DNA of 64,000 nucleotides from an uncultured Chloroflexia bacterium. GTDB lineage: Bacteria > Chloroflexota > Dehalococcoidia > DSTF01 > JALHUB01. Of the stretch, positions 18,870 through 28,745 are shown piece after piece. The notes beneath the pieces were generated by a model that ran no database searches, was not told the DNA's origin, and was given only the letters and a program-made list of their open reading frames with translations. Position 1 is the first letter of the stretch, and the number at the start of each line of letters is the position of its first letter. The position numbers and the translations under genes were made by a program. The stretch lies in contig OY969814.1 in assembly GCA_963703345.1 (NCBI GenBank), positions 1 through 64,000 on the forward strand, in the 5' to 3' direction.

Positions 18870-21005
18870 CTAACGTAAATGATACAGCACGTTGACCACT
18901 GCTGTGTTGGGGCGTCGCTTGAGGGCGCGGCGCAGGCGGGTGGCCGGCTGGTTGTGGAGAAAGCTCTGCCAGAAGTGCGCCGTCACGAACTCCGGCAGAA
19001 CGACGGTGATTCGCCCCTTCGGGTTCGAGCGGTCGACGGCATCAACGTAGGCGAGGAACGGCGCCACCAACGCCCGATACGGCGACTCCACAATCACGAG
19101 CGGCACATCCTGCAACTGCTCCTCCCATTGCCCCCGCAGCGCCTCCGCCTTCGCGACGTCGTCCGTGATGTGCACGGCGGTTACGTTCTGCGACAGCGTC
19201 AGCCCGTACTCGACAGTGCGCAGGACGGCGCGGTCCAGCCCTTCCACCGGCACGATGACCGTCTGGGAGCTATTTCCGACGGGCAGGCCCTGGAGCTCCC
19301 CCAGATCGCCCTCACGGATCTCCAGTTGCTCGGCGACACGCCGGTAGTGGGCGCCTATCTGCACGCACATGGCAACCAGGAACGGTATCGCCAGCAGGAC
19401 GATCCAGGCGCCGTGTGTGAACTTGGTGCTCGCCGCGATGATGACGACTATCCCGGTGCCGACGGCGCCGACCCCGTTGATGACCATGCTCCGCCGCCGT
19501 CCCGCGTCCATAGAGCGTAGCCAGTGCACGACCATGCCCGACTGCGACAGCGTGAACGAGAGGAACACGCCGACAGCATACAGCGGGATGAGACGGTGCG
19601 TGTCGGCTTTGAAGACGATCAGAAGCCCGCTGGCAAGCACGCCGAGGACGAGGATGCCGGCGGAGAAGGCAAGCCGGTCGCCGCGGAACATCATGTGGCG
19701 GGGCAAGAAGCCATCGCGGGCCATGACCGACGCCAGCCGCGGGAAGTCGGCGAAACTGGTGTTGCTCGCCATGATCAGGACCAGCATCGTGGCGACCTGA
19801 AGCAGATAGTAGGGGGGCGTTACGCCGAATGCGGTCTTGCCGACCTGCGATATCACGGTGACGTGTTGCGCCGGCTGAATGTGCATCAGGTGAGCCAGAA
19901 CGGTCAGTCCAAGGAAGAACGAGGCGATGATCGCCGCCATCCAGGCGATAGTAGTAGCCGCGTTCTTTGTCTCCGGCGGCTCGAAGGCAGGCACGCCGTT
20001 GGCGATTGCTTCCATTCCGGTCAGAGCTGAACAGCCGGACGAGAAGGCCCGCAAGATCAGAAAGATGGTGAGCGAGGACACGCCCGCCGAAACGGGCTCC
20101 GATGGCACCGGCGCCTGGACGCCCATGGCGTAGCGCACGAAGCCGGTGACTATCATGGCCGCGAACGTAAAGATGAAGAGGTACGTGGGGAAGGCAAATA
20201 TCTTGCCCGATTCCCGTATTCCGCGCAGGTTGCCGATCACGATGAGCCATACGGCGATCAGCGCCAGCTCTAGCCGGTCGTTGAAGAGGCCCGGCGCCGC
20301 GGAGGTGATGGCGGCGATTCCGGCCGAGGTGCTGACGGCGACGGTCAGGACGTAGTCGATCATGAGCGCCGCTCCGGCGGTCAAGCCCGGGAACGTCCCC
20401 AGGTTCTCCCGCGCCACGGTGTACGAGCCGCCGCCGCTGGGGTAGGCGCGCACGGTCTGCCGGTAAGAGAAAGCGACGACGATCAGCAACAGGGCGATTA
20501 CGCCGGCTATCGGCAGCGAAGCGTTGAGCGCGCCCATTCCCGCCAGTACGAGGACGAGCAGGATCTCTTCCGTTGCATATGCAGTCGAGGAGATGACGTC
20601 GGAGGAGAAGACGGCCAGCGCCCGAAACTTGTCCAGCCGCTCGCTGATCGCCTGCGACGACGTCAGCGGCGACCCGACGAGAACCCGCCGGATGCTCGTC
20701 CAGAGCTGGTCGACTAAGGTATGCGGCCGCAGCAGGACGGCCGTCGCCTGGAGATGCGCCGGCGCCATCCGTCGCAGCGTTTGCTGGCTGCTGGGAGTGA
20801 TGCGGACGTAGCGCGACCCGGGCTTCAGGCCGCGTCGCACCTCCGAAAGCTGGAGGTCCGGGCGCAGCGGCTCAGTCCGCCTGGGCACGCGATAGCGCCC
20901 GTAGCGCTCCAGGTTCTCCGGCGTCGGTCGCCCGTCGGCGGGCTCTTTCGGTCCTTCAGGGGGTGGCGCCTTGCCGTTGGAATCCCCGTCTCTTCCCGTC
21001 ATCAA
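18870..21005 (-). CDS. APC-superfamily permease, KimA/YdaO-like K+ transporter
   Basis: FSSDVISSTAYATEEI, AYPSGGGSY, LTG.EAI.NGVP.F, C-terminal PEF....W...LHNQ cytosolic domain. Confidence 0.85.
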   Translation of the reverse strand: MMTGRDGDSNGKAPPPEGPKEPADGRPTPENLERYGRYRVPRRTEPLRPDLQLSEVRRGLKPGSRYVRITPSSQQTLRRMAPAHLQATAVLLRPHTLVDQLWTSIRRVLVGSPLTSSQAISERLDKFRALAVFSSDVISSTAYATEEILLVLVLAGMGALNASLPIAGVIALLLIVVAFSYRQTVRAYPSGGGSYTVARENLGTFPGLTAGAALMIDYVLTVAVSTSAGIAAITSAAPGLFNDRLELALIAVWLIVIGNLRGIRESGKIFAFPTYLFIFTFAAMIVTGFVRYAMGVQAPVPSEPVSAGVSSLTIFLILRAFSSGCSALTGMEAIANGVPAFEPPETKNAATTIAWMAAIIASFFLGLTVLAHLMHIQPAQHVTVISQVGKTAFGVTPPYYLLQVATMLVLIMASNTSFADFPRLASVMARDGFLPRHMMFRGDRLAFSAGILVLGVLASGLLIVFKADTHRLIPLYAVGVFLSFTLSQSGMVVHWLRSMDAGRRRSMVINGVGAVGTGIVVIIAASTKFTHGAWIVLLAIPFLVAMCVQIGAHYRRVAEQLEIREGDLGELQGLPVGNSSQTVIVPVEGLDRAVLRTVEYGLTLSQNVTAVHITDDVAKAEALRGQWEEQLQDVPLVIVESPYRALVAPFLAYVDAVDRSNPKGRITVVLPEFVTAHFWQSFLHNQPATRLRRALKRRPNTAVVNVLYHLR

Positions 21006-21013
21006 CTATCCGT

Positions 21014-23695
21014 CTAGTGTTCAGGGGTGGCCGTGGCGACGGGCGTGCCGTTCTTCGGTGTGGCCGTCGGCGTGCGACCGGCCGCCTGCCCCGATAAAGT
21101 GATCGTCGTCGTCGTCATGAGCTCGCCGCGGGTCCCATCAACGACCACGAGCCGCAACGTGTACTGGCCGGCGGGAAAGCCCGTGGTGTTCCATATAGCC
21201 AGCGTCGAATCCTTCACCGGCGTGTTCGACTGCTGGATCACGGCCCATTCGGTCGGTGAGGCGCCAACGCCATATTCCAGCCGATACGATTGGAAGTCGG
21301 CGGAGGAAGCCCGGCCGGTGACAGTCACGCTCCCGCTAACCTTTGCGCCCGACGCCGGCGACGATATGACGACCGGCATATCGGCGGGATTGGTCCGCTC
21401 CGAGGGAGCCGAGCCGCCCAAAATCCCAGCCCACTCCACCGCCTGCTCGCGCTCGAAGCCCTGGACCTCCGGCGGTATGACGAGGTAGCCGCGCTCCTGC
21501 ACGAACTGCGGCGGCGTCATCTCCGTCGCCAGCAAGCCGGTGCGCACATCGATCTTCGTCGGCTGCCACCAGGTGTCCTTCTCCTTCACCGCGTCTGTGA
21601 CGACCAGGTCTTCCGACGTCTTGCGACAGTACGGCGTGGGCAGCATGCTGGAGGGCACGCAGACGGTCGCCTTCGCTACGCCGTCCGGCTGCTGGAAGTC
21701 CGACGCCGGCTTGCCTTCCAGCGCCGCCTCCATGAAGTCGCGCATCGCTCGCCAGGAGATCGACGTGCTTAAGATGTTGATCATCGGCGAGTTGTCCGCG
21801 TTGCCGGCCCAGACGCCGACCACGAGGTCTGGCGTGTAGCCGAACGACCACGTATCGCCGATGGCGTGGCTGTTCTCGTACGGTTGGCTGGTGCCGGTCT
21901 TAATCGCCGCGTGCTGCCCGGGAACGGTCAGCCCGCCGCAGCCGAACGTCCAGCACTGGGCATCAGGGTCGCTGAGGATGTTGGTTATCAAGTAGGCATA
22001 CTGGCTCGGGATTATCTGCTCATCGGTGCGCTGGTCGTCCGCGTTCCAGATGACGTTCCCCTGCGAGTCCTCCACCTTCAGGATGGAAACGGGATCGAGG
22101 TCCCGATAGCCCTGCGGCAGCGCCATAGTTGTCGGCACGCCGCGCATGATGCCGCCGGTGGCGAAGACGCTGTAGCCGTAGACCACATCGACCAGCCTGA
22201 CGTCGGTGCCGCCGATTGTGAACGACGGGCCGTACGTGCCGTCGATGCCGGTGATGCCCATCTTGCGGGCCGTGTTCACGACGTCGTTCACGCCGGCCAT
22301 CTGGATGACCTTGAAGGCGGGTATATTGAGGGAGTTGCCCAACGCCTGCCTGATCGTGATGGGCCCGTGGAAGTCACCGGCCGGGTTTGTCGGGCAGAAC
22401 TGCGTGCCGTTTTCCTCGTCGTAGCAGGTCGGAGTGTCGAGCACCATGGTCCCCGGGCCCCAGCCCTTCTTCATGAACGCGGTGACGTAGTTGAAAGGCT
22501 TCAGCGTCGAGCCGGGAGAGTTGAACGCCTGCGCCATGTCGTTCGCGCCCTGGATGTCGTCGCGGAAATAGTCGCGGCTGCCGACGTAGGCAATGATCTC
22601 GCCGGTGCGCGGGTCCATCGCCACCAGCGCCCCGTTATGCCCGTTCGAGGTGTTCTCGTACTGGCTGACCCAGTTCTCTATCGCATTCTCAGCCACGGTC
22701 TGGAGGTTGAGGTCCAGGGTGGTCGTGACTTTGAGTCCCTGGCGGTAGACCGCCTCGCGACCGAACATCTTCTCCAGCTCCGGGCCGATGTAGGAGAGAA
22801 CCCAGTGCGCCGCGTCGATCGTGAAGCGGTGGGGCACGATGTTCAGCGGCTCCTGCGCAGCGTTCCACCCTTCGGCGGGCGTGATGTCGCCCTTGCCGGC
22901 CATGAGGAGAAGGACCTGGTTCCGCCGCTTCTGAGCGGCTTCGGGATGCTCTAGGGGATCGTAGCAACTCGGGCAGGCGGGAATGCCGGCGAGGAGGGCG
23001 GCTTCGCCCAGAGTCAGCTCGTTCGCCTTCTTGCCGAAATACCCTTCGGACGCCGCCTCGACGCCGTTGTAGATGCCGCCGTAAGAGATCTGATTCAGAT
23101 ACCATTCCAGGATTTGGTCCTTGCTGTAGCGCTTCGTCAGCTCCATGGCGTAGACGGTCTCTTTCAGCTTGCGAGAAATGGACCGCTGACTCCGTTCCGC
23201 TTCTGGGATGTAGACGTTCTTCACGAACTGCTGTGTGATGGAGCTGCCCCCGGACCCCTGAAGAAAGTCCGGATTGCCCGGAAGGAAGTTCTCGTAAGCG
23301 GCGCGCAGAAGACCTTTGATGTTGATGCCCGGGTTGGAATAGAAGCTGGAGTCCTCGGTGTCGATAGTGGCCTGCCTAAGGTACAGTGACACGTCCGACA
23401 ACGGCACCGGCGAGCGCAGGCCGCTCAGATCGTTGCTGAAGGTGTACAGGGCATTTCCGTTGCGGTCGAATATCTGGGCGCCGCCGGCGTTCTGCGACAG
23501 CAACTGCTCGACCGGCGGCATGTCGTTGGCATAGACGCGATAAACGACAAAGCCGGCGACGGCCATGACCATTGTTCCGACAACCATGACGCCAAACAGG
23601 ACTACGGGCACGAGCATCCAGCCGCGGATCCTCCTGCCGCCGCCGCCGACGGTCCGCAAACGCCCGTACCGGCGCCGCTTGAACAGCTTAGCCAT
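21014..23695 (-). CDS. Class A penicillin-binding protein (transglycosylase/transpeptidase) with C-terminal Ig-like domain
   Basis: TEDSSFY, GSSITQQ.VKN, RKL.E, YLNQI; STLK, SLN, KTGT. Confidence 0.93.
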   Translation of the reverse strand: MAKLFKRRRYGRLRTVGGGGRRIRGWMLVPVVLFGVMVVGTMVMAVAGFVVYRVYANDMPPVEQLLSQNAGGAQIFDRNGNALYTFSNDLSGLRSPVPLSDVSLYLRQATIDTEDSSFYSNPGINIKGLLRAAYENFLPGNPDFLQGSGGSSITQQFVKNVYIPEAERSQRSISRKLKETVYAMELTKRYSKDQILEWYLNQISYGGIYNGVEAASEGYFGKKANELTLGEAALLAGIPACPSCYDPLEHPEAAQKRRNQVLLLMAGKGDITPAEGWNAAQEPLNIVPHRFTIDAAHWVLSYIGPELEKMFGREAVYRQGLKVTTTLDLNLQTVAENAIENWVSQYENTSNGHNGALVAMDPRTGEIIAYVGSRDYFRDDIQGANDMAQAFNSPGSTLKPFNYVTAFMKKGWGPGTMVLDTPTCYDEENGTQFCPTNPAGDFHGPITIRQALGNSLNIPAFKVIQMAGVNDVVNTARKMGITGIDGTYGPSFTIGGTDVRLVDVVYGYSVFATGGIMRGVPTTMALPQGYRDLDPVSILKVEDSQGNVIWNADDQRTDEQIIPSQYAYLITNILSDPDAQCWTFGCGGLTVPGQHAAIKTGTSQPYENSHAIGDTWSFGYTPDLVVGVWAGNADNSPMINILSTSISWRAMRDFMEAALEGKPASDFQQPDGVAKATVCVPSSMLPTPYCRKTSEDLVVTDAVKEKDTWWQPTKIDVRTGLLATEMTPPQFVQERGYLVIPPEVQGFEREQAVEWAGILGGSAPSERTNPADMPVVISSPASGAKVSGSVTVTGRASSADFQSYRLEYGVGASPTEWAVIQQSNTPVKDSTLAIWNTTGFPAGQYTLRLVVVDGTRGELMTTTTITLSGQAAGRTPTATPKNGTPVATATPEH

Positions 23696-24446
23696 CCTTC
23701 GCCGCCTCCGCTAAGGGAGCCCGCTTCTCCAGCACCAGGAAGTGCGAAAGCCCCAGCGCCTGGAGCGGAGTCGACTCCAGAGCGTAGAGGACCCGTCGCA
23801 AAGCTCCCGCAAAAAGCTTACTACGCGCGGCTATGTTGTCAAATCCCGGATAGATGACACTGTGCCACGCCCACGCGGCATCGAGCCCCGCCGTCAGCCG
23901 CTGGAGATCGTTGCGACGATAGGCGCGCACGTGCGGCGCCAGTCGACGTCGCAGGGGGCCGGGAAGGTAGTGAACGAAGGGGATGTTCCCGAAGACGTAG
24001 CGCTTGCCGATGTAGACGCCGTGTGTCTCGAACGGGTACAGCCGGTTGGGCGCGAAGACGACGATTCTCCCGCCTGCCGCTGCGACCCGACAGGCCTCGC
24101 GGAGCGTCGCCGTATCGTCGCTTACGTGCTCTATCACCTCGTTGAGCAGGACGACATCGAAGGCGTTGTCGCGGAAGGGGAGGTGCTCGCCGACGGCAAT
24201 CATGAGCTTTGGGACTGAAGAGGAACCACGTCTGATCCGCTGCTCGTCGATGTCGACGCCGCATACCCGGCCGGAAAACTCACCCATCCGCCGCACGTAC
24301 GCTCCGACGCCGCAGCCCACATCGAGGATCCACGCTCCTTCCAGCGACGCCTGCCGCCGGATGAGAGCCAGGCGACGCTCTTGTCCGGAGCGCCAGACGT
24401 AGCTGGGCCGCCCCAGAGCAGCCGCCCTCTCGGGAGCTTTCTCCAT
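23688..24446 (-). CDS. Class I SAM-dependent methyltransferase
   Basis: ILDVGCGVG, GVDID, LPF.D..FD.V, VIEHV. Confidence 0.88.
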   Translation of the reverse strand: MEKAPERAAALGRPSYVWRSGQERRLALIRRQASLEGAWILDVGCGVGAYVRRMGEFSGRVCGVDIDEQRIRRGSSSVPKLMIAVGEHLPFRDNAFDVVLLNEVIEHVSDDTATLREACRVAAAGGRIVVFAPNRLYPFETHGVYIGKRYVFGNIPFVHYLPGPLRRRLAPHVRAYRRNDLQRLTAGLDAAWAWHSVIYPGFDNIAARSKLFAGALRRVLYALESTPLQALGLSHFLVLEKRAPLAEAAKDG

Positions 24447-24586
24447 CTCCGCCCCCTATGCCGGACACATGGTAGCACGGGCCGATTCCACGTTCAAACG
24501 AGGGGCCTGCCACCGGAGACGTTCCTGTCGCTTTCGTCGCGCTGGCGGGCGATGCTATAATCGAGAATCGACGCCGGAGGAATACG

Positions 24587-24874
24587 TTGGGACTGAGCAG
24601 AGCGGAAGTCGAGCATCTGGCCAAGCTGGCGCGACTGAGCCTCAGCGAAGAGGACAAGGTCAAGTTCGAGGAGCAGCTGTCCGTCATCCTCGACCACTTC
24701 GACGTGCTGAACCAGCTCGATACGTCGTCCGTGCCGCCGACTGCACACACGCTGCCGCTGGAGAACGTCTTCAGCCCGGACGAGCCGCGGCCTTCGCTTT
24801 CGCCGGAGGATATCCTGGCCAACGCGCCTGCCCGGGACGACGACTGCTTCCGCGTCCGCGCCGTCCTGGAGTAA
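24587..24874 (+). CDS. gatC: Asp/Glu-tRNA amidotransferase subunit C
   Basis: EVEHLAKLARL...L..LDT..V.PT.H...ILANAP...F.V..VLE; GGAGG before TTG. Confidence 0.95.
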   Translation: MGLSRAEVEHLAKLARLSLSEEDKVKFEEQLSVILDHFDVLNQLDTSSVPPTAHTLPLENVFSPDEPRPSLSPEDILANAPARDDDCFRVRAVLE

Positions 24875-24913
24875 CGGCTTCCGCGCGTCTCGGCAACTGA
24901 CGAGGGGGACATC

Positions 24914-26371
24914 CTGGAGCTTCATTATCTTACCGCTCACGAGGCCGCGCGCCTTCTCCGCGCCGGCGACATCACCTCACGGCAGCTCACCGAGGCCGTG
25001 CTGACGCGCATCCGTCAGGTCGACGGCCGCGTGAAGGCGTACCTCAGCGTCACCGATGAGCTCGCCCTGCGACAGGCGGACGCCGCCGACGCCCGCATCG
25101 CCCGCGGCAACGCGTTGCCTCTGACCGGCGTCCCCGTCTGCGTCAAGGATGTTATCTGCACTAAAGGCGTACGCACCACCTGCGGCTCGCGCATTCTGGA
25201 GAACTTCGTCCCGCCCTACGACGCCTTTGTGACGCGCCGCCTTCTCGACGCCGGTGCCGTCATCGTCGGCAAAGCGAACATGGATGAGTTCGCGATGGGC
25301 TCGTCGACGGAGAACTCCGCCTTCTTCCCAACGCGCAACCCCTGGGACTTGGAGCGCGTCCCGGGTGGCTCCTCCGGCGGCTCGGCGGCGGCGACGGCGG
25401 CCGGCGAGTGCCTCGTCGCCCTCGGCTCCGACACCGGCGGCAGCATCCGACAGCCCGCGGCGCTCTGCGGCGTCGTCGGCCTAAAGCCGACCTACGGCCG
25501 CGTCAGCCGCTACGGGCTGGTCGCCTTCGCCTCCTCCCTCGACCAGATAGGGCCGTTGACGCGCGACGTCGAGGACGCGGCTATCGTTATAAACTGCGTC
25601 GGCGGCTACGACGCCTCTGACTCCACTTCCGCCAACCTGGAGATGCCCGACTTCAGCCGGTCGCTGCAGCCAGATCTGAAGGGCATGCGCATCGGCGTGC
25701 CGCGGGAGTACCTGCCGGACGCCATGGACGGTTCGGTGCGCGAGGCCGTCGAGGAGGCGATCCGCGTCATGGAGTCGCTCGGCGCCAGCGTGGACCGCGA
25801 CGTCTCGCTGCCGGCGACGCCGTACGCACTCGCCGTCTACTACATCATCGCCCCCAGCGAGGCGATGGCGAACCTCGCCCGCTACGACGGCGTCAAGTAC
25901 GGCTATTCCTACCAGGAAGGCGAGGGCATGTGGGACAACATGGAGAAGACGCGTCAGCACGGCTTCGGCGACGAGGTCAAGCGGCGCATCATGCTCGGCA
26001 CCTTCGCCCTCTCCGCCGGCTACTACGACGCCTACTACCTGAAGGCGCAAAAGGTGCGCACCCTCATTCGCCAGGAGTTCGACGCCGCGTTCGAGAAGTA
26101 CGACGCGCTGGTAACGCCGGTCACTCCCACGCCCGCCTTCCGCATCGGCGAGAAGGTCAACGACCCCTATGCAATGTATCTCAGCGACATCTTCACCTTG
26201 CCCATCAACATCGCGGGCATACCGGGGATATCCGTGCCGGCCGGCTTCTCCGACGGGCTTCCGGTGGGCGTGCAGGTGCTCGCTAAGCCGTTTGACGAGG
26301 CGTCGCTGTTCCGTGTAGCCTACGCCTACGAGCAGGCCACCGCCTGGCACGACGCTCACCCTCCGCTGTAA
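24914..26371 (+). CDS. gatA: Glutamyl-tRNA(Gln) amidotransferase subunit A (probable CTG start)
   Basis: Amidase signature [35 protein letters not shown]; N-terminal [10 protein letters not shown] helix lies upstream of the first GTG. Confidence 0.95.
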   Translation: MELHYLTAHEAARLLRAGDITSRQLTEAVLTRIRQVDGRVKAYLSVTDELALRQADAADARIARGNALPLTGVPVCVKDVICTKGVRTTCGSRILENFVPPYDAFVTRRLLDAGAVIVGKANMDEFAMGSSTENSAFFPTRNPWDLERVPGGSSGGSAAATAAGECLVALGSDTGGSIRQPAALCGVVGLKPTYGRVSRYGLVAFASSLDQIGPLTRDVEDAAIVINCVGGYDASDSTSANLEMPDFSRSLQPDLKGMRIGVPREYLPDAMDGSVREAVEEAIRVMESLGASVDRDVSLPATPYALAVYYIIAPSEAMANLARYDGVKYGYSYQEGEGMWDNMEKTRQHGFGDEVKRRIMLGTFALSAGYYDAYYLKAQKVRTLIRQEFDAAFEKYDALVTPVTPTPAFRIGEKVNDPYAMYLSDIFTLPINIAGIPGISVPAGFSDGLPVGVQVLAKPFDEASLFRVAYAYEQATAWHDAHPPL

Positions 26372-26443
26372 TCTAGACTCTCCGTTTTCGCCGCTGTGGG
26401 TGCTTTTTCCGTTAGCGGCGTTGTAGTCGCAAGGAGGACTCAA

Positions 26444-26875
26444 ATGGAACCAAACGCAGCACAGCAATTGATGGCACAGTTTTACCACTGTTCGGAGGCC
26501 GTGCTTATGGCTGTCTGCAAGGACATGGGGATAGAGAACCCGCTCATCCCCCGTATCGCGACCCCCTTCGCCGGCGGCATGGCCGGCAGCGGCGAGGTCT
26601 GCGGCGCTGTCAGCGGCGCCCTGATGGCTATCGGCGTCATCGACGGCCGCGACGAGCTCGGTCAGCGCGAAGGCGAGCCGCACAGGCTCGGCAGGGAGGT
26701 CATGCGCGCCTTCCACGACGAGATGGGCACGCTGTATTGCCGCGAGCTCACCGGCCATGACCTGTCGACGCCGGAAGGCCTGGCCGCGTTCCGCAAGTCG
26801 GACGTCCGCATCAGGGTGTGCCTTCGCGCCGTCGGCTTCGCCTACGACAAGACGCTGGCGCTGCTCCGGGCGTAG
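26444..26875 (+). CDS. C_GCAxxG_C_C family putative redox protein
   Basis: HCSEAV, FAGG.....VCGAVSG, LYCREL, final C; AGGAGG SD. Confidence 0.85.
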   Translation: MEPNAAQQLMAQFYHCSEAVLMAVCKDMGIENPLIPRIATPFAGGMAGSGEVCGAVSGALMAIGVIDGRDELGQREGEPHRLGREVMRAFHDEMGTLYCRELTGHDLSTPEGLAAFRKSDVRIRVCLRAVGFAYDKTLALLRA

Positions 26876-26880
26876 CGGCG

Positions 26881-27102
26881 ATGGAGCTGCCGCTCAACGT
26901 CGGCTGCTACTCCGGCGGTCGCTACGGCGAGCGGCCGCAGTGGGTGGAGCGCGAGGGCCGGCGCCTGGCGGTCACGCGCATCAACCGCCAATATCGGGAG
27001 GAAGACCGCCTGGTCTTCGACGTGACCCTGGAAGACAAACAACGCCTGATCCTGTACTATTACCCGCAACGAGACGTCTGGTTGGGAGTGAAAAAGGAAT
27101 GA
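26881..27102 (+). CDS. Small hypothetical protein
   Basis: YSG..YGERP..V...G....V..I beta-rich pattern; ATGA overlap with the next gene. Confidence 0.65.
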   Translation: MELPLNVGCYSGGRYGERPQWVEREGRRLAVTRINRQYREEDRLVFDVTLEDKQRLILYYYPQRDVWLGVKKE

Positions 27103-28295
27103 GCGACGGTCAACAGTCGAACGTGACCCGAAGGGGCAACATCTCGCAGCGCATACAGTCCATGTCGAGCTCCGGCATCCGGCGCTTCTTCGACATCCTC
27201 GAGAGCATGGAGAACGTCATCTCCCTGGGCGTCGGGCAGCCGGACTTCGTGACGCCGACGGTCATCCGCAACGCCGCCGTCCGATCGCTCGACGAAGGAC
27301 ATACCTACTACACCTCCAACTACGGCATCATCGAGCTGCGGCAGGCGATCTCGCGCAACCTGGAGCGTCTCTACGGCGTCTACTACGAGCCGGCGACAGA
27401 GATTATCGTCACCAGCGGCGTCAGCGAGGGCCAGGCCATCGTCATGGAGGCGCTGCTCGACATCGGCGACGAGGTGCTCTGCCCCGACCCGCACTACGTC
27501 GCTTACCCGGCCACGGTTGCGCTCGCCGACGGCGTCTTCGTCCCCGTGCCGACAACCCAGGCCAACGACTTCAAGCTCGCGGCCGCCGACCTGGAAGAGA
27601 GGATAACGCCGCGCACGAAGGCGATAATGCTCGGCTATCCGGCCAATCCGACGGGCGCCGTGATGGACCGCGACGACATGCTGCCGATAGCGGACCTGGC
27701 GCGGAAGCACAACCTCTTCGTCGTGTCCGACGAAATCTACGACCGGCTGGTCTACGGCGGCCACAAGCACACCTGCGTCGCCTCGTTGCCGGGCATGCGG
27801 GACCGCACGGTGCTTCTCGGCGGCTTCTCGAAGGCCTACGCCATGACCGGCTGGCGGATCGGCTTCGTGGCGGCCAGGGGCGACATCATCGAAGGCATCA
27901 TGAAGGCGCACCAGTACGTTATGATGTCCGCGCCCACGATTGCTCAGTACGCCGCCCTGGAGGCGCTGGTGAACGGCGAGGAGGACGTGCGCGGCATGAT
28001 CGCGGAGTACGACCGGCGACGGCGCCTCATCGTCGACGGCTTCAACGACATTGGGCTGAAGTGCTTTGAGCCGCGCGGCGCCTTCTACGCCTTCCCGTCC
28101 GTGGGCGTCACCGGCCTGTCCGACGAGTCGTTCGCCGAGGAGCTGCTGATGGAGGAGAAGGTCGCCGTCGTTCCCGGCTCGGCGTTCGGGGATTGCGGCG
28201 CCGGGCACGTGCGGGCGTGCTACGCGCAGTCGTACGAGCTCATCGAGCAGGCGCTGGAGCGGATGAAGCGCTTCGTGGACCACCGCCGGCGGTAA
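27099..28295 (+). CDS. PLP-dependent aminotransferase class I/II
   Basis: GQPDF.TP, PANPTG, SDEIY, GFSKAYAMTGWRIG, GAFY.FP. Confidence 0.93.
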   Translation: MSDGQQSNVTRRGNISQRIQSMSSSGIRRFFDILESMENVISLGVGQPDFVTPTVIRNAAVRSLDEGHTYYTSNYGIIELRQAISRNLERLYGVYYEPATEIIVTSGVSEGQAIVMEALLDIGDEVLCPDPHYVAYPATVALADGVFVPVPTTQANDFKLAAADLEERITPRTKAIMLGYPANPTGAVMDRDDMLPIADLARKHNLFVVSDEIYDRLVYGGHKHTCVASLPGMRDRTVLLGGFSKAYAMTGWRIGFVAARGDIIEGIMKAHQYVMMSAPTIAQYAALEALVNGEEDVRGMIAEYDRRRRLIVDGFNDIGLKCFEPRGAFYAFPSVGVTGLSDESFAEELLMEEKVAVVPGSAFGDCGAGHVRACYAQSYELIEQALERMKRFVDHRRR

Positions 28296-28349
28296 GCCAT
28301 ACCCCCCCAGCCTGTCGATTCCCCGGAGTAAGCCACGGCTTTAATTGAC

Positions 28350-28365
28350 CAATTGAATTCAATTG
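28350..28365. promoter_or_regulatory. Perfect AT-rich palindrome CAATTGAATTCAATTG
   Basis: Direct inspection; intergenic, followed by a T run. Confidence 0.45.
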
Positions 28366-28666
28366 TTTTTTTCGATCTGTTTTGAATCTGCGCGAGGACG
28401 TTGTGAAGCTGGAATGATGCGCAAAATTGCGTCGAAAAAGGGCGAGACGGGCGCAGCAGAGTGCGGTGTCGAGGCGCATGACAGCCCTGTGGGCAAGTTG
28501 GCGGAAAGGAATCTGGCGTTGCATTGGGCGTTGCCCTGTCGAAGGGTCGAGGTCAGGATAGCAGAGTGGCGGAGAGTTTGTAAGGGGCTAATGACACCCG
28601 AAGGCTGAGAGATGGTGCGGGCGGCAGAGCTTCTAGGGTGAGAACGAACCCCGGTCGAATTGCCTC

Positions 28667-28695
28667 TTGACAAACTTTCGCGGACGGCCTATTGT
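28667..28695 (+). promoter_or_regulatory. sigma70-like promoter TTGACA-N17-TATTGT
   Basis: Consensus -35 with optimal spacing, about 50 bp upstream of the propeller gene. Confidence 0.55.
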
Positions 28696-28745
28696 TGCGC
28701 CATCCCCGCCAGCCTGGTAGCACTGATACCCTCCTGAGGTGCATG

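Noticed and set aside
24587-26371. gatB missing from gatCA
   Set aside because: Split gat operons are common; gatB is probably elsewhere.
28530-28620. Minus-strand SPLQTLRHSA resembling the tyrosine-recombinase HxLRH box
   Set aside because: Short match lacking the first His and all other integrase motifs.
28485-28620. Possible c-di-GMP riboswitch (GGCAA...GAAA)
   Set aside because: Required stems and GCAAAGC element not found.
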